DNA from: Octopus sinensis
Lineage: Eukaryota
Assembly (NCBI RefSeq): GCF_006345805.1
Contig: NC_043011.1
Location: forward strand, 53,270,464 to 53,334,463
Reading direction: 5' to 3'
DNA: 64,000 nt
Every line of letters starts with the position of its first letter. Within the stretch, counting starts at the first letter, position 1. The translations under genes and the position numbers were made by a program. Of this stretch, positions 62,099 to 64,000 are shown piece after piece. The notes under the pieces were generated by a model. The model worked only from the letters and a program-made list of their open reading frames with translations. It was not told the origin of the DNA and did no database searches.

Positions 62099-63971
62099 TT
62101 TATACAGTATTTGATTAAAAAAAATTTTTTTTAAAAAAGGAAAGGAAGGAAAATGGTTGAAACCTCTTTGATCAGTAATACCACTGTTCAGCTAAGGATG
62201 ACTTGGGGTTAAATAACTTAAGACAAACAATGCTTAAGATCTTTTTTTTTTCTTTGAAGATTGGACTATATTTCTATCTATTTTACCTCAGACTTTCAAG
62301 TTCTCTAACTTGCAATCATGCTGGATAGAGGGAAGACCTATTGTGTCTTCTATTGGCGGTGGTAGTGGGTTCTGAATTAGTTTCAATTTCTTACTGAACG
62401 GCAGACACACCGTCATAAATTGTTCCTTCGAAAGATTCAATGTCTTTCAACATGTTTACTCGTGCCGAAGCAGACCACCAACTCGTCTCTTCAATTTCTA
62501 GTGATTATATTTGATTAGTACCACTAATACATTGGGGATTGATTAAAGCGACTATACCTATCTTTGCTAAAATTGGCCGCGTGCCTAATCAAACGAAATC
62601 AATAATTTCTGATAAGAGAATGGTAATCATGGCCGATACAGTATAAACTAGACAGGATACTTGACTATAGTCTTTCTCTATTTTCGTTTTATAAAAGCAC
62701 AGTTACATCTAAATTTTAGCTAGTTCTGTTAAAATAGAGCACAATGAGTGCTACTTTTGGCGGGGACAGGCATCGACTGGTTTATAGATAGAAAGAAAAT
62801 ACCTTAAAATACGTTTAGCCCAGAATTAAACAAGAGAGGGTTACCAACAGTCAGCAGTAAGAAGTAAATAAACTGTGGTGAAATATTATTAAGTAGCAGC
62901 GGTATTGCTACAGAATATTGATTTCTTAAACTGGCACGCGGCCACAAGTCTGTAAAAGGAAAGAGGTATATTCGAATAAATTTGAACTCCGTTCATAGAG
63001 GAGTGAAACGAAAAGCTGTAAAACATTTTGTTTAGCTTGTTTCAATCATAAACCAAACAAGGGAACCACTACATGGTCACACGACTAGCTAGCAATAGTA
63101 GCCAAATTTTCTTTAAAATAAAGACTTTGATTATAGGGTCTTTTGAACCAAGTCTGACGTGGGACTATAAATTTATTTCTGCCAAATGTTGCTTATGTCT
63201 CTGTAAAGTATAATAATATACTACAGTCGTTCTTTTGTCCTTGCTTAGTCAAAGTTCATCTCTAATCGAGGAGGCCTCTCATCAAAGAAAGGATTTACAA
63301 GCCCGACCAATACGACATTTGGGAAATGAACGACTACATGACACATTGTCTCTTTTACCTTTTTTTTTTTTTTCTAAAAATGGTAGGGTGTAATTTGAGG
63401 AAGATTAGGTTGATGTTTATAACCGATTGAGCAACATTCCAGAGGATCTGTGATGGATTCGTGGTCGTTTCCTTAAAATAAAAAAAATATTTCCCTTATC
63501 AAGTGATTTGAATGACATCTTTGGATTGGAGTGTCCTTAACGAAAGTGAAAGTAAATGCGGCAGAAACCGGAAGTGACGACAATGATCTCAAAATTTCAT
63601 AAAATCATACCCCTCACCACCACCACCACCACCATTATCCCACGTTCACAGACACCTAGTGATATGTTAAGTATTTCAGAAGTAGAAGCTGAGGTACCCC
63701 GTTTCAGTTTGTGATTATTTTCATCTTATATAAAACAGATGTATGGTTTTCATATTATATCAAATATATGTACGTTCTGTACATTGGTTATGTCGAATAC
63801 ATTGCTTACAAGGAGTGCTGGGATGTCACTCTCGGTTTCTATCGCAATTACTTTCAATTTTTTTAGGATAGTAAACTGTATGTTAACTAGATTTGATGTT
63901 CCCTCAAAATTTCAGTTTTATTTCGGTTGGCTCAGAGGAAAGAGATGTATATTTTACAAATAAGTGCAGGT

Positions 63972-64000
63972 ATGGCGCAGGAGTGATTGTGTGGTAAGTA
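63972..64000 (+). mobile_element. SINE family A head, cut by the window end
   Basis: TGGCGCAGGAGTGATTGTGTGGTAAGTA. Confidence 0.7.

Noticed and set aside
63560-63600. Promoter-like CCGGAAGTGACG (ETS/CRE-like) site
   Set aside because: A single short motif with no CpG island or downstream gene evidence.
63739-63963. 74-aa ORF and an overlapping minus-strand open stretch
   Set aside because: No recognisable domain or splice context.

Overview
Eukaryotic, very repeat-rich animal DNA. The SINE families and microsatellite load are most consistent with an octopus/coleoid cephalopod genome; this is an inference from remembered repeat families, not a database result. No complete host gene, rRNA, true tRNA or CRISPR array is supported, and most ORF-track entries are microsatellite translations. 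The window holds at least five tRNA-headed SINE families (~35 copies or fragments) and 5'-truncated RTE LINEs whose 3' UTR carries an expanding hairpin VNTR. It also holds CR1-type LINE ends, decayed mariner and Tigger transposases, Helitron-like and Tc2-like non-autonomous elements, two GG-terminated MITEs with 8-bp TSDs, a 1.95-kb tandem duplication and a 14-unit composite minisatellite. The most notable signal is a set of Penelope-like palindromic or inverted elements carrying minimal hammerhead-ribozyme-like motifs of at least three designs. A few weak candidate exons suggest the window may lie in introns of an unidentified gene. There is a 100-N assembly gap at 37396-37495.
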